Notes under the pieces: model-generated
Seen by the model: only the letters and a program-made list of their open reading frames with translations
Databases searched by the model: none
Told to the model about the DNA's origin: nothing
Position numbers and translations under genes: made by a program
Shown: one piece after another, positions 1-12,710 of the stretch
Numbering within the stretch: the first letter of the stretch is position 1
Layout of the letters: every line of letters starts with the position of its first letter
Assembly (NCBI GenBank): GCA_977018835.1
Contig: OZ361260.1
Span: 2,418,001 to 2,482,000 of the forward strand
Reading direction: 5' to 3'
Length of the DNA: 64,000 nt
Origin: Minutocellus sp. GHC0000111
Lineage: Eukaryota

Positions 1-586
1 GTTTGAAGAATGAATTCGTTGGTGAGGTATTACAAAGGATATTTTGAATCGATCTGTTAATTTTGGTGTAAACTTTGTTTTATGAGTTCTCGTGTGGCAG
101 CATTTGGTCGTGGCGCCACCTTCGGCACTTGGCGTCGTCGCATTACCGCGTATTTTATTCTGCAGTTCGCGTTAGGGTGCGAACCTTGTGCACTTGTCGG
201 AAGGGTTCGCACTTTGCCCCCTCGCGCTCTGCCATAAATCCACATACAACACTGAGTATGCATGGGTGGACCGTTTGAATGTGGTTTCTATCTATGTGTT
301 GTTGCGTGGGAATGAGATAGTTGATTGCCTTCTTTCTTATAGACATATGGGTTCTCTTTCTTCTTGCAGTGTCAAGCGATAGAGAGAGAGCCCGGCCACC
401 TGGTCCCTTCAATTTGCGTTGATATTGAAGCGCCGGTGTTGAGAGGCGATGAACGCAACGGCCCATCTACTGACTCATCAATAAATTATTTCATGGAGTT
501 CGTCAACTGCATAGTTTGCTTTCGTATACGAGCAACATCTATTTCGTCAGGCCATCGCTCATCCTATTTCTAGCCTTCTCGTTACT

Positions 587-2376
587 ATGAGATCGTTTTC
601 TCTTCATAGCTGTGCCCTCGCCTTCGTTGGCAGCCAGCTTTTATCGCTCGTTCAATCGCAGCTCACCACCAACCCGACGCTTCAATCGCGATCAAATGAT
701 ATGTTTGATGCTATGTTGGATATGCTGACGGCCGAAGACAATGAAATTCCTATTACATACAAGCCTGGGCAGCTCACAGTCGCCGAGAATGGTATCTTAT
801 TATCGACTGGACTACAATCCAGAATCATTGCCATAACAGGAGAGCCGGTACTCTTCAAGGATGGGTCCAAGTCGTCTATCCCATTCCACGACCAGCCTGA
901 TGCGGGTGCCGTCTTCGTAGACTATTCACCAGCCAACAAAGGAGGCTACGCCTATGTCTCGAACGCCGAAGTAGGAACGAAGGGTGGTGGGGTCGGCTCC
1001 ATAATCTTTGACGCTAGTGGCGATCCAATTGACTACAAAATTATTCTCACCGGGACTACTCGTAACTGCGGTGGGGGCAAGACGTACTGGCAGACTGTAA
1101 GTTCCTCGAACAAGAGCACCGTTGAATGGATGCCTATCAGTAAGGCTGTGCTTGCCTACTAGGTACTTGATCTATTCTTCTCATCATTTTTTGGATTTAT
1201 ACCACGTTGTTTTGACCAATTTATACCACGTTTGTTTTGACTAATTTATTTTGTAGTGGGTTTCGTGTGAGGAGGCGGGCAATAGAGGTCAAATCTGGTG
1301 AGTGAAAAGCGCTGCATAGTGGAACGATTTTTCCCGGTGCGCAATGCCATTTATCCTCATGACCACTTCAATATCGAATCTCTCACCTCCTCACTTTCCA
1401 TTGAAAAATTATAGGGAGACCGACCCCTTCGGAAGAGAGGCCGCAAATAAGACTGTGCTTGGAGGGCTCGGCGGAAACTATGAGAGCATGGCCTATGATA
1501 ATCGTGCAAAATTCAAGCCGCGGTTCTTTATCACCAACGGTAGGTAATATCATGCCTTGGAGTATGTCACTTGAAAATATGGCAGTGATAGAGTCTCGAG
1601 AAACATCTCACTCACAATGGCATCTTCCTCTTACTCGTCACTATTTATTTATCTACGTAGACAAGGAAGATGGCGAGATCCGGCGATTCACACCCAAAAG
1701 ATTACCCATTGAGAATGGGGACTACAAGGCTATCCTCACAACACCAGGGGTCATGTCATATTTGGTCATCAACCCCGCCAAGGGCAAATTCGGTTGGACC
1801 AAGGATATCGCCAGAGGAAAGAAATCGGCCAAGAAACACTTTCCGAACTGCGAAGGAATCGATCGCAAAGACAACTACCTCTATTTTGTCTGCAAGGCTC
1901 GTAAGGAGATGTTCACACTGAATCTGGACGACAGGACGTATGTCAAGACCAGCACCGAGAGCGGAGCACTTGATGGCCAACCAGACCAAATTGTTCGTCT
2001 TACTGACGAGGGACATCCACTGCTCTACTTCACTGAGGATGTAAGTATGTCTGGCTTGGAGTAGTTTTTCCATTTGTCTTCTGTTCTTCGTTTTCATATT
2101 TTGACCACTTTCCTCTTTTCCCTCGTGCTTTTTCAAAATTAGGGAGGTATGCCAGCCGGCATTCATGCTCGCGATCGTGATGGCAACTACCTGACGATCG
2201 TCGAGGCAAGGAATTTTGGCGGGTCAGCCGAAACGACGGGCCTGGCCTTCTCGCCGGATGACATGCACATGCACTTTGCTGCACAAGATGACGGGGTGCT
2301 TTTTGACATTACCCGCACCGACGGTCGACCATTTGACGCCAAGACCCTCGCCATCAAGTATCACCAGGTACCCTGA
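587..2376 (+). CDS. Secreted PhoX/DUF839-like alkaline phosphatase, 5 exons
   Basis: Exons 587-1096, 1257-1297, 1415-1539, 1661-2040 and 2143-2376 are joined by GT-AG introns and give a continuous frame. It has a signal peptide and the motifs RNCGGG, WVSCEE, CEGID, QPDQI, FTEDGG and ETTGLAFSPD typical of PhoX/DUF839. Confidence 0.8.
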
Positions 2377-3272
2377 TCAAGCCTACATGCACCGCGAAAC
2401 ATTAATGTCTTGGAGTACTAGTAATGCGTTTGTTATCAGATCAAATTCGAATCGTATCTCACAAGCGCCATGGATATCGAATGGCAATCAAAAGAAATAA
2501 ATGATAAAGCAATAATAAAGTGAAGAAGAAAACCTTCCAATCTCATACTGTTCTTGGTACATGTAAAGGAATCCAGTGACATACTCCGAAAGAGCCGAGA
2601 CCACACCAGCACCGTATGCCTCTCGGGCCATTCGGGCGAGGTAATTTCCATGATATTGGTTGAAATTGTCAATAGTGACTATCCCTTTATCGCACATTGC
2701 TTTTGGTTTGCCATCTTCCATCACCTCATTGCCCTCATCACCGAGCAGCACTTCATCATCCATCGCCAGGGCGGACAAGTCGCCATCTTCATGCTCACTG
2801 CTTCCTCATTATTACCATTCGATCTCGACACAGACAGTTCATACCGACGCACCGCTGGTATTTCACAGGCAACGACGCAAATTTCCTCTACTCCCTCCTC
2901 TTCACTATGCATTACTAACATCTTCATGCTGGATCGGCGGGCGGTCGAACGTCGAACGATGACATGCCATGCCCTTGATCAGTACCTAGCTAGGTACTCT
3001 AGTACAAGAGCCGCCCACGCGCTAACAATACTAGCTCGTGGACGGGCAACTCGTCCCTCCGCCTGCGGTATCCTGGTGCGAGCGCCGCTACAACATGGCA
3101 ACGACGGCACAGCACAAGGCGGCGACGACGATGCCCATGGTGTCAAGCAAAGATCTTTTAGATCTGCATCGCTCTCTGTCTCTCTCCCTTCTTCCTTCTC
3201 TTCCCCTCTCCTTTTTCATCAGCATTTATTTCCGCGGATGCACTCATGCATGCATCACGCCTACTCATCAAC

Positions 3273-5441
3273 ATGACGACGGAACACCGCCGCATGCCAA
3301 TCACCTCCATGCTTTCCCCCCTTCTCTTGGGGTTCCTCCTGTGCAGGCCAACGCACGCCTCGCCTGCTCACGCCCGCAATTATTCCACCGCCGCTTTCGC
3401 ATCGCTGCGTGCCGCTTCGTCGTCGTCGTCTGCTGCTGCTGGCGGTGCCTTCCTCAACTCACGTGTCCGTCCAGCCTTTGGGAGGTATGGCATCGGAATT
3501 GATGTAGATGCACACCACCACTACCGTCTTCGACGGCATCATCCACTGTACATGGGCACCGAAGAAGTCGGCGAGTCGGCAGATGAGGAGGACGATGACA
3601 AAACGTTCGACTTTCTCGTAATCGGAGCCGGATCGGGGGGAATTGCTAGCGCACGTCGAGCAGCATCGTATGGGGCAAAGGTTGCCATAGTCGAGCGGTC
3701 AAGACTGGGCGGCACCTGTGTAAATGTTGGCTGTGTGCCCAAAAAGTTGATGTGGAATGCAGCCGAGATTGCGGAAACGCTGGAACACATGCACCAATAC
3801 GGTTTCTCCAGCTTCGGCGGCACAGAACTGGATTGGAAATTCCTCAAGGATGCTCGGGATGCCTACATTCTTCGGCTGAATGGAATTTACGATCGCAACA
3901 TCGCCAATAGCGGAATTACTACCATTGCAGGAACTGCGTCGTTTGCTCCTGGAAATGCCGATGGAGATACCGACGGCCCAGTCAAAGTGGTGGTTACTCC
4001 CGATGATGGTAGCTCAGGCTCTGCGGTGGAATACTCAGCCAAGCACGTGCTGATTGCCACGGGAGGGAGACCAGTCTTCCCAGATGCGCCCGGCGTGAAG
4101 GAGCATTGTATAAGCTCCGACGGTTTCTTTGATTTAGAAGAACTCCCGGAGAAAGCTGTTGTGGTCGGCGCTGGATACATCGCTGTCGAGCTCGCAGGGG
4201 TTCTCCAGAGCCTTGGTTCCGATACAAGCTTAGTCCTTCGGAAAGAGCGGGCGTTACGAGAATTTGATGAAATGATTTCTGAAAGTCTTGATGAAGAGAT
4301 GAAGAAGAATGGAATTTCAGTGTATTGCAAGACGGATGGAGTCGCATCTGTTACCGCCAATGATGATGTACACCTACAAAATGGGGAAACCATCGCAGAC
4401 GTCGATGTTTGTATTATGGCGATAGGTCGTGAGCCGTTGGTAGAGCCATTGAATTTGGGAAATGTTGGCGTTGAGCTCCAGGACGGAACGAAAAAATATA
4501 TTGATGTCAATGAATACTGTGAGACGTCGCGATCAGGAGTCTTTGCTCTCGGCGACGTCATTGGTGAGGTGGAGTTGACTCCAACGGCGATTGCCGCTGG
4601 GCGTAGGCTTGCCGATCGTTTGTATGGTGGGCCAGAATTTGCAAATGCCAAGATATCTTACGAAAACGTACCGACCGTCGTCTTCAGTCATCCGCCAATC
4701 GGCTGCGTCGGTTTGACGGAGAAGCAAGCGGTAGAGAAATATGGCGAAGACAACTTGAAAATCTACCGATCGAAATTTGCAAATCTTCAATATGGCATCT
4801 GGGATGTGGAACCTGAGGATAAACCAAAGACAAGTATGAAACTAGGTGAGACTTTTCCTGTGAATAGGAGGATTCTCCTGGTTGCGACTCGTTTATTGAA
4901 GATGATTTACCCCTACTCATGACGGAGGTGCCACTTCTCTCAAAATCTTGCTATCTATATCGTGCTAACCAACAATTTTCTCTCTTTCTTATCGAAAATC
5001 TCTCCTACGTTGTAGTCTGTGCCGGGAAAGAGGAGCAAGTGGTTGGACTTCATGTTATTGGACAGGGCAGCGATGAAATGCTGCAAGGATTTGCCGTGGC
5101 AATGAAAATGGGCGCGACAAAGGCAGATTTTGATAGTTGCGTTGCGATTCACCCTACAGGTACGGTTTGTGATGTTTGTTTAAATTTATTTATTTGCACG
5201 AGGGCAATGTCACAATAAAGCATGCTCACCAATGACGCTCACAATCGCACACTCACCAATTCTCACAACATTCACTCCATCACCACCCTTGACCCTTATA
5301 GCTGCTGAAGAATTTGTGACTCTCTTTCCATGGGGAATGGGACCACAAGTCAGCGGCGCCAAAGTTAGCCCATTGAACGGGGCAGCTCCGCCGGAACCAA
5401 AAAGCTTGGGACCGCCTGAAACTCCAGTCAAGGATCTTTGA
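3273..5441 (+). CDS. GSR: Glutathione reductase, organelle-targeted, 3 exons
   Basis: Motifs: GAGSGG FAD site, [13 protein letters not shown] redox disulfide, [13 protein letters not shown] site and C-terminal HPTAAEE after splicing introns 4846-5015 and 5160-5301. N-terminal signal plus transit-like extension. Confidence 0.93.
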
Positions 5442-5645
5442 TGATTTGCCATCAAATTTTTAAATGCCTTGGTCCTCTATCTAATGCATGTGCACATTAC
5501 TATCTTAGTTGCATTATATGTTTGCGCACTGCCCGTCTCTACCCCTTGAAATCACCTCAAAATAAGGCAATTTATCATTACACAACCGAACAGTGTAGGG
5601 CCAATTCGAATCTGCAAACTGAGCCAGGACGCAAATTCGCACCAA

Positions 5646-6866
5646 CTAAACCCCACCATGGTTGATCCCAACTCCGGAGAAGACAGTATTGAAGCTGATG
5701 CCGTTGAGCTCATTGCACACGTCCTCGATCTCCTTGACCTCCGACACGGTGTAGTTTGTTGTGACATTGCCCCTGGGTGCATTCTTCGGACGTATCCTGC
5801 ACGTGTAGTACCCCCTTTCCTTGGCCTCGCGCAGGTAGTCATCCCGATCGCTCACCACAAGTATACTTCCACTGGGCACGTCGGTCTTGTCTTCAATGGT
5901 CCCCAAGATATCCGACGAAGGCAAATGGCCGTCCTTCATGAAAAAATCAAACCGTACTTGTGGTAGCTGTTGTTCCAGGTCGTCCATCCGCCGCGCCGCG
6001 GCATCGTTGGATTCCTTGTCGGCGTTTTGTGGTATGGGCAAAAGGGCAATCTTCATCGATCGGTTGGTCAGATACATTAACAGATTGCCAGTTCCCGTCG
6101 CCGCCAACCATTTGCTTCCGGTACCGACCGGTTGGGAGGAGGCAATCTTCCGGGCTGCCAAATGGCCGGCGGCATCTCCTCGCTTCAATGCGTCCTCCTG
6201 CTGAGCCTTCATGTTCTCGACGCCGGCCAGTCCTCCATCGAGCTTCTTGCGCAACTTGTCGGCATACTTGGCCCGTGGATCGCTCATCGGCGGTGCCTTG
6301 GTACTTGCTGTTGTTGACTTTGGTGCATCTGGCTTTGGTCGATCTGGTGCATTTGATGACGAAAGTCCCGACAATATGCTGCTTCCAATTTCATCATTTT
6401 CCGGTCGAAATCCGGCAGGAGCCGACGGATTCCGAGGCGATGCCCCACCGCCACCGGTAAGTCTGGACAGATCGTCATTCTCATCGTCGTCCTTCTTCCG
6501 TCCAATGGTCCCTCCCAAGTCTACATTGAGAAGCTTGGAAATATTCTCGATCACGCCGGTATTTGGTGTCGCCGCCTTGACGTTGGCAGCACCACCGGCA
6601 CCACTGCCGCTCTGACCTGCAATTGTTTTTGCCGAAGGCAGTCCACCACCACTACCAGCACCGCCCACAGCCTGAGCCTTTTGAGCATCCAGGTTGCGAA
6701 TGAGCAGATCAAAGTCGAGCGCGACGGCCTTGATCTTGTTGTTCTTGCCGGTGTCGATGCGGGATTTGTTACTGACGTCGGCGGCGGACACCCCTCCCAT
6801 GTCCATCATGGCCGAGTAGCGTCCTCGCAGGAGCCGCTGGGACGGCCGGATGGCGCCAAGGAGCAT
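5646..6866 (-). CDS. HAD-like fold protein with long low-complexity insert, putative mitochondrial presequence
   Basis: Intact 406 aa ORF. KAVALDFD resembles HAD motif I and ILVVSDRDDYLREAKERG resembles motif IV. Arg-rich N-terminus. Confidence 0.6.
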   Translation of the reverse strand: MLLGAIRPSQRLLRGRYSAMMDMGGVSAADVSNKSRIDTGKNNKIKAVALDFDLLIRNLDAQKAQAVGGAGSGGGLPSAKTIAGQSGSGAGGAANVKAATPNTGVIENISKLLNVDLGGTIGRKKDDDENDDLSRLTGGGGASPRNPSAPAGFRPENDEIGSSILSGLSSSNAPDRPKPDAPKSTTASTKAPPMSDPRAKYADKLRKKLDGGLAGVENMKAQQEDALKRGDAAGHLAARKIASSQPVGTGSKWLAATGTGNLLMYLTNRSMKIALLPIPQNADKESNDAAARRMDDLEQQLPQVRFDFFMKDGHLPSSDILGTIEDKTDVPSGSILVVSDRDDYLREAKERGYYTCRIRPKNAPRGNVTTNYTVSEVKEIEDVCNELNGISFNTVFSGVGINHGGV

Positions 6867-7061
6867 GGTGCGGTGGTGGTGGCGATGATGGGTGTTGTAA
6901 TTTAGGTATCAGTAAACAATCTGGTGCCCGAACGACCGTATCATGCACACAATGGGCACGAGATGACGAGCTCAGGCGACGGACAGAAGGACAGACGACA
7001 CATTCGTCAATCAACATAACAATCAACACCAACTTCGTGCGTCATTCTCCATCGGGCAACC

Positions 7062-9585
7062 ATGCTGCTCCTCCGTGGGCCGACCGCCACCGCCACCGCC
7101 GCTTGTTGGGTCGCCATGATGGCATTGGCCCTGCGCACCAGTCACCGCCATGGGCTGGGCGTCTGCCGGGCGTTTTCGACCGTGCAGCTGCAGCCCGCTC
7201 TTGGCAGCAGCAGCCAGCGACGACGAGCCGGTGCTGCTTCTGCAGCTGGTATCGGCGGTATGGCGAATGACAATGCTGCCATGTACGCCTCGTCGTCCAT
7301 GATGTCAGCCCGTGCCTACGCATCAACAAATGGTTATTCCACGTCAGCCTTTTGCCAAACGAACGCGCTGTTCGCCGCATCGACCGCTGCCACGGATGAA
7401 ACGACCGACGCATCGTCTTCGACTTCCTCTGATGTCACCCTCCTGGGCATCGACTGGGTCCGCGAATGCGTCGCCAAGGTTTTGAACGATGCCTTCGATC
7501 CCGCCGAGGTGGCCCGCGGTGCGGCTTTGGCCAAGTTGGAGCCGAAAAAGAAGAAGAAGAAAAAGAAGCAGCAGGATGCCGATGCAGGTGATGCCGCGAA
7601 CGAGGAGGCCAAGGCCGAGGAGCCCAAAATGTCGGAAGAGGAGAAGCAGGCCATCCTCGATGCGGCCGCCGCGGCCGCCCAGCCCTTCGGTGAGCTCGAC
7701 ACGGCCGTCGCGGCCGCCACCAAGGCCGAGTTTGGCGACTACCAGTGCAACGCCGCCATGGCCCTGGCCAAGAACGTCGGGATGGCCCCGCGAGATTGCG
7801 CCGCCAGGATCGTGGAGGGACTTCGGCCCATCATCGGCCGGTACATGGAGGAGCCCGAGATTGCCGGGCCGGGTTTCATCAACCTGCGCTTCAAGGAGGA
7901 GTATTTGGCGCAGGCCGCGAGGAGCATGTCCGAGGATGCTGGACCTGGCGGCAGACTTGCCGTACCCCCGGTTGCGTGAGTTATACTTCTGGAATTGTCT
8001 GTGCTTGCATTGTTTGCTTGATTATTGTCATATTGCATTTGCGCATATATTTGTTTCATGTTCTAGATTCTTCCTAATGCGCTTTCCCCCTCTCTTGATC
8101 ATCTGCGAAACGAATAAATTCGTGATTTGCAGCAACAAGCAAAAGATTGTGATTGACTTCTCTTCGCCCAATATTGCCAAGGAGATGCACGTCGGTCATC
8201 TCCGATCGACCATCATTGGCGATACGTTGGCCAACGTCCTCACGTTCGCCGGCCACGACGTGAAGCGTCTCAACCATGTCGGTGATTGGGGCACCCAGTT
8301 TGGCATGCTTGTGGAGCACCTCCGCGACGAGTATCCCGCCGCGCTGAACAAGGAAACGTCGGCCGATGTCGACCTTGGAGATCTCGTCATGCTCTACAAG
8401 GCCGCCAAGAAGCGCTTTGATGACGACGATGACTTCAAAACTCGGGCCAGGGAGGGTGTGGTCAAACTTCAGGCCAGTGACGCCGAGGCCCTCGCTGCGT
8501 GGGAGTCGCTCTGCGAGGCATCGAGGAAGGAATATCAAAAGATTTACGATACGTTGGACATCCGCGGTCTCGAGGAGAGGGGAGAGTCCTTCTACAATCC
8601 CTTTTTGAACGATGTCATCGACGACCTCGAAGAGAAGGGAATGGCCGAGGAAAGTCAGGATGCAACCGCCGTCTTTTTGGAGGGATACGAGAATCGGGAT
8701 GGCACACCGTTGCCCATGCTGGTTCGCAAGTCCGACGGAGGGTTTAATTATGCCACCACGGATCTTGCTGCTATCAAGCATAGGACCAGTATGGCTTCGT
8801 AGGATGGTGGCGAAGGAGCCGACCGTGTACTCTACGTTACCGATGCTGGGCAGTCGCAGCACTTCGAAATGGTCTTCAAGGCTGCCGAGCTATCTGGTAT
8901 CAAGGCCGACGGAGTTTCGCTCGAGCATGTGCCGTTTGGACTTGTTCAGGGAGAAGATGGTAAGAAATTTGCCACGAGGTCAGGGGATACTGTCAAGCTC
9001 AAGGATCTGCTTGATGAGGCTGTTCGCATTGCTGGCGAGGATTTGAAATCCCGCCTGGAAGATGGCGAAGAACTTAGCGATGAGGCCAAGAAGGTTGCTG
9101 AACTCGTTGGCATCGGTGCTGTCAAGTATGCCGATCTGTCCATGAACCGTGAATCCAATTACAGATTTAGCTACGAGCGCATGCTTAGCCTGAACGGCAA
9201 CACGGCACCCTACATGCTCTACGCTTATGCCCGCCTTTGTGGTATCATTCGCAAGGCCACTGATGCAGCAGAAGGAGAGACAATGCAGTGGCCAGAACCA
9301 GCAGACATCATCTTCTCCCATGAATCCGAGAGGGAGTTGGTGCGCAATCTTATGAAACTCCCCGACGTATTGAGCGAGGTTGAGAGGGACCTGTATCCCA
9401 ATAAGCTTTGTGACTACCTCTTTGAGACAAGTCAGAAGTTCAACCAGTTCTACGAGAACTGATCGGTCAAGGGTGCTGAAACGCCTGAGCTTAAGGCCAG
9501 CAGGCTCACGCTCTGTACGGTGACAGCCGGAACCATTCGATTACTTATGCAGCTTTTGGGCATCAACGTAGTTGAGAAGCTTTAA
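7062..9585 (+). pseudogene. argS: Arginyl-tRNA synthetase (organellar) with two in-frame stops
   Basis: Motifs [33 protein letters not shown] and KFATRSG, plus GNTAPY and the anticodon-binding C-terminus. Intron 7976-8132. In-frame TAG at 8800-8802 and TGA at 9460-9462; the frame continues to TAA 9583-9585. Confidence 0.9.
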
Positions 9586-9650
9586 AATCTAAGCAGACTT
9601 ACTCTAGCTACATGCATAGCCTTGGTGCATACTATTTATGTTCGACTTAC

Positions 9651-11848
9651 TTATTGCTCAAAGTGCTTATTGATGGCGACCTCTAACGCATCTTTGATTT
9701 CGTCAGTCAGGTCCAGAGTTCGATCTATTTCCTCCATCGCATCAGGCACGGTGGTTCTGACATCTGCTATAAGTTTCTGTATAGCTTCGGCACCTTCGGC
9801 GGTACCAGCCTTTCCTCCAGCTCGGACGACCTCGTCCAAGGCACCGATAGACGCCGCAAGGAGAACGACTGCATTCTCAGACAGGGGTCGTCTTTCACCG
9901 ATATCCTGCTGCATCGCCAGCATCCAGGAATCACGTCTTCGAATCTGTCGATCGGCGCCGGATCCCTCTCCTGCCCCCTCAAGAGCTGCAGCCTGAGCCA
10001 GCTCAAATCAAAGTCCACCCACGAGGTTGCGCATCGCTGGTGCATCTGCCCTGGACATCGTGTCTGCTCCAATGCCGATGCGGGTGATGGATCTTTGCGG
10101 ATCAAGCGATGGTCTTTGCCCAGCACTTGCCAGGGACTCATCGAGCCAGCATTGACCATCACTCATACTAATCAAATCATCCACGTGCTGCAATTCAAGC
10201 CGGCGTTTCTGCTCCGAATCACTTGCGACTGGAACTGGAATTTGGATCTTCTTCAGATTGGTAGGCGTCAGGGGAATGTTCTTGTTTGTCAATATAGCAA
10301 TTCGGTCCTTGATTTTGTCGCTGGCTCCTGCGAAATCTTCCGGTGTAAAAACAGTCTCTTCGTTGCCCGAGTCGGCGCCCTCCTGGCCTGGCAGAGACCG
10401 CATCATCACCAACGTTACCGATCCTCCTCCTCTCTTCTTGTTGAATTGGCCAGCTCTCTGTATGAGAGAACTGTAAAATCCACGCATCTCCGAAGAGGCA
10501 CCGCCGTCGCGATCGTCCTTCACCACCGCATCCACGCCGTATACATCGACCAGTACTCGTGTGGTCCAATCCCAAAATGCCTTGTGTTGATGGAATCAAC
10601 AATAACGAGAGCATCACGACCAAAAGCAAGAGCATGGGCTTCTCCAATGGCACTTGCGGCCGCTGCAACACTGACTGCCTCAGCTGCCGATCGGACCTCG
10701 CTGGCTTCATCGTTGATGGTGCTTTCATCACCTCTTGCGGCAACGACAACGACAGAGTTACTAATTCCGGCATCTTGCAATCGCTTGAGGACGTCGGCCT
10801 TTTCAGCTGGGTCGCTTGACGTGAGAGCATAAATGCATTTCACAACCTCGTTGTCTTTGTCGTTGGCCCTGCCGAGTTCGACCTGCGTCGCGAGAGAATC
10901 GATACCGATGCCTCGCGTTTCCGATCGATCGGCACCAACAAGGAGGGTGTTCTGCCCCTTGCCCAGCGGAGCAAGAGCATCGATCATGGCCTTGCCAGTG
11001 AGCATGGGCGAATTGATCAGCGCAATATCTCCGACTTTGGGGATTGGCGCGAATATGGCTCTCTTGGCTATTTCTTTTTCGCTGCCCTGCTCAGTCGTTT
11101 CGTCAATAGCTTCCATAATGTGACCATGATAATCCACAACCTTGCCCATCATACTCTCCGAAACGGACAACGGTGTCATGCTTCCCATCACTGCAACGGA
11201 TGCGTCCTTCTCGGCATCTCCAGCTTCCTCGGCGGTGGAGAAGTCGCACATGACAAACGCAATGGGAGGTCGCTCGACAATCACCACACCGATCCTTCCA
11301 GAGGGAAAAGTAACAGTCCGACCAACAAAGTCTTCGCTCTGTCCCGATGCCGACGTTCCCGCTCCCCCCTTTTTGGTTTCCGTTGCCGACTTGGGCGCAG
11401 CCTCGTTGGCATCAATCACCCCCTCCTCTTCGACCTTGGCGCCAAACACTCCAGGCTTGGACCCCATCGACTCAACGGTTGTACCGGGGGGCAAGACGTC
11501 TTCATCACGCAATCGAATGGCGGCGACAGAACCCACAATGTTGGAACCAGATGGGGCAGGGGTGAAGTGGACTACCTCTCCTCGAGCGACGACTCTGTCG
11601 GCACCGGGCAGGGACTTGTCATCGGTTTTGGCAGAAGGTTCGTCAACATCGACGGCTGCCGAGAAGAGTCGACGGCCCCAGACAGGACCAGCAACGGAGC
11701 GAGACGACGATGCCGAAATAGATGCACTCGAATGTACTGGATTATGATGCATATTGCCAGCGGGTCCAACGAATGCCTCCACGGACGACGATGCTGCGAC
11801 ACATGCGGCCGCAGCGGCCACGGTGCTGCCTCTCGTTCCGAGTCTCAT
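9651..11848 (-). pseudogene. Plastid-targeted ATP synthase F1-alpha-like protein (frameshift + in-frame stop)
   Basis: Signal peptide ending VEA-FV. Alpha-like segments: MGKVVDYHG, PMLTGKAMIDALAPLGKGQ, GGGSVT, ISMSDGQCWL, RPSLDPQRSITRIG. Frameshift near 10585-10592 and TGA at 10008-10010 (GGL*FELAQ). Confidence 0.75.
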
Positions 11849-12710
11849 TATTTGACTATGAGTATGATGTTTATGTGCCGCTTTTGGAATGTTTCGAACA
11901 AATACCGCCCGAAGCATGCAAACAGAAACCAGTGTGGTTTCGAGTCAATTGACTCGTTCTGAAGAGTAATGTACTAAAATCTTATTTGGATGCGGATGAG
12001 ATTGTTCCTTCTTGCTTCCTCAGCGTCATCGCCTGCGCTCGAGATCGATCGAGATGGTATTATATTTCCGGGTTCCGAAAGTTCGTGCGTCATCGCGCGC
12101 CGCCGCATGATGCCATGATGTTCGAATGTCTTTCGCCTCACATCTCTCTCACGCCCTTTCAATCCCATCCATCACCAGTTAGATCTACATGTAAACGCAG
12201 ACACGTAGCTAAAACTCTACTTACACCTTGTGATATTAAAATACTTCACTATTGGATAGTAATAATTTTGCTTTGTAGGGCTGTGCTCTTCAATGATGTT
12301 GTCTCAAACCAAACAACAACAGAAAACACACGAATATTTCCTCCTCCTCCAGACTTTTCCCTTCTTTGCTACTCATTTTCAGAATGAACCCCACCGTCAG
12401 CGTTAGCGACGGTGAAGTATCCATTCGTCATTCGCACCTTGCATCAGAAAATCTAAAAACCGATCCAATGCAATTTGCACAAGTAGCAGAAACGAAACGA
12501 GGCACAAGCACAATACGTTCACTCTCTACAAAATGCATAAGGCCAACGAAAGAAGCACGTGAGCGTGTCTCCTCCCATCATTGTCACATTTGTAGCCAAA
12601 TGATTTTTATGCATGTGCCTACCCTCTGCGAATCAGAAATATTCACCCACCAAAGCACATGAGCAAGGCCTCCGCGTTGCGCCTCAATGGCGCAACACGA
12701 AGGATTAGCC

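Noticed and set aside
1196..1248. ~25-bp tandem duplication in the first phosphatase intron
   Set aside because: Real, but an ordinary intronic slippage duplication with no functional signal.
2488..2930. Acidic minus-strand ORF fragments between the phosphatase and glutathione reductase
   Set aside because: Possibly a decayed gene, but frameshifted, with no clear start and no recognisable family.
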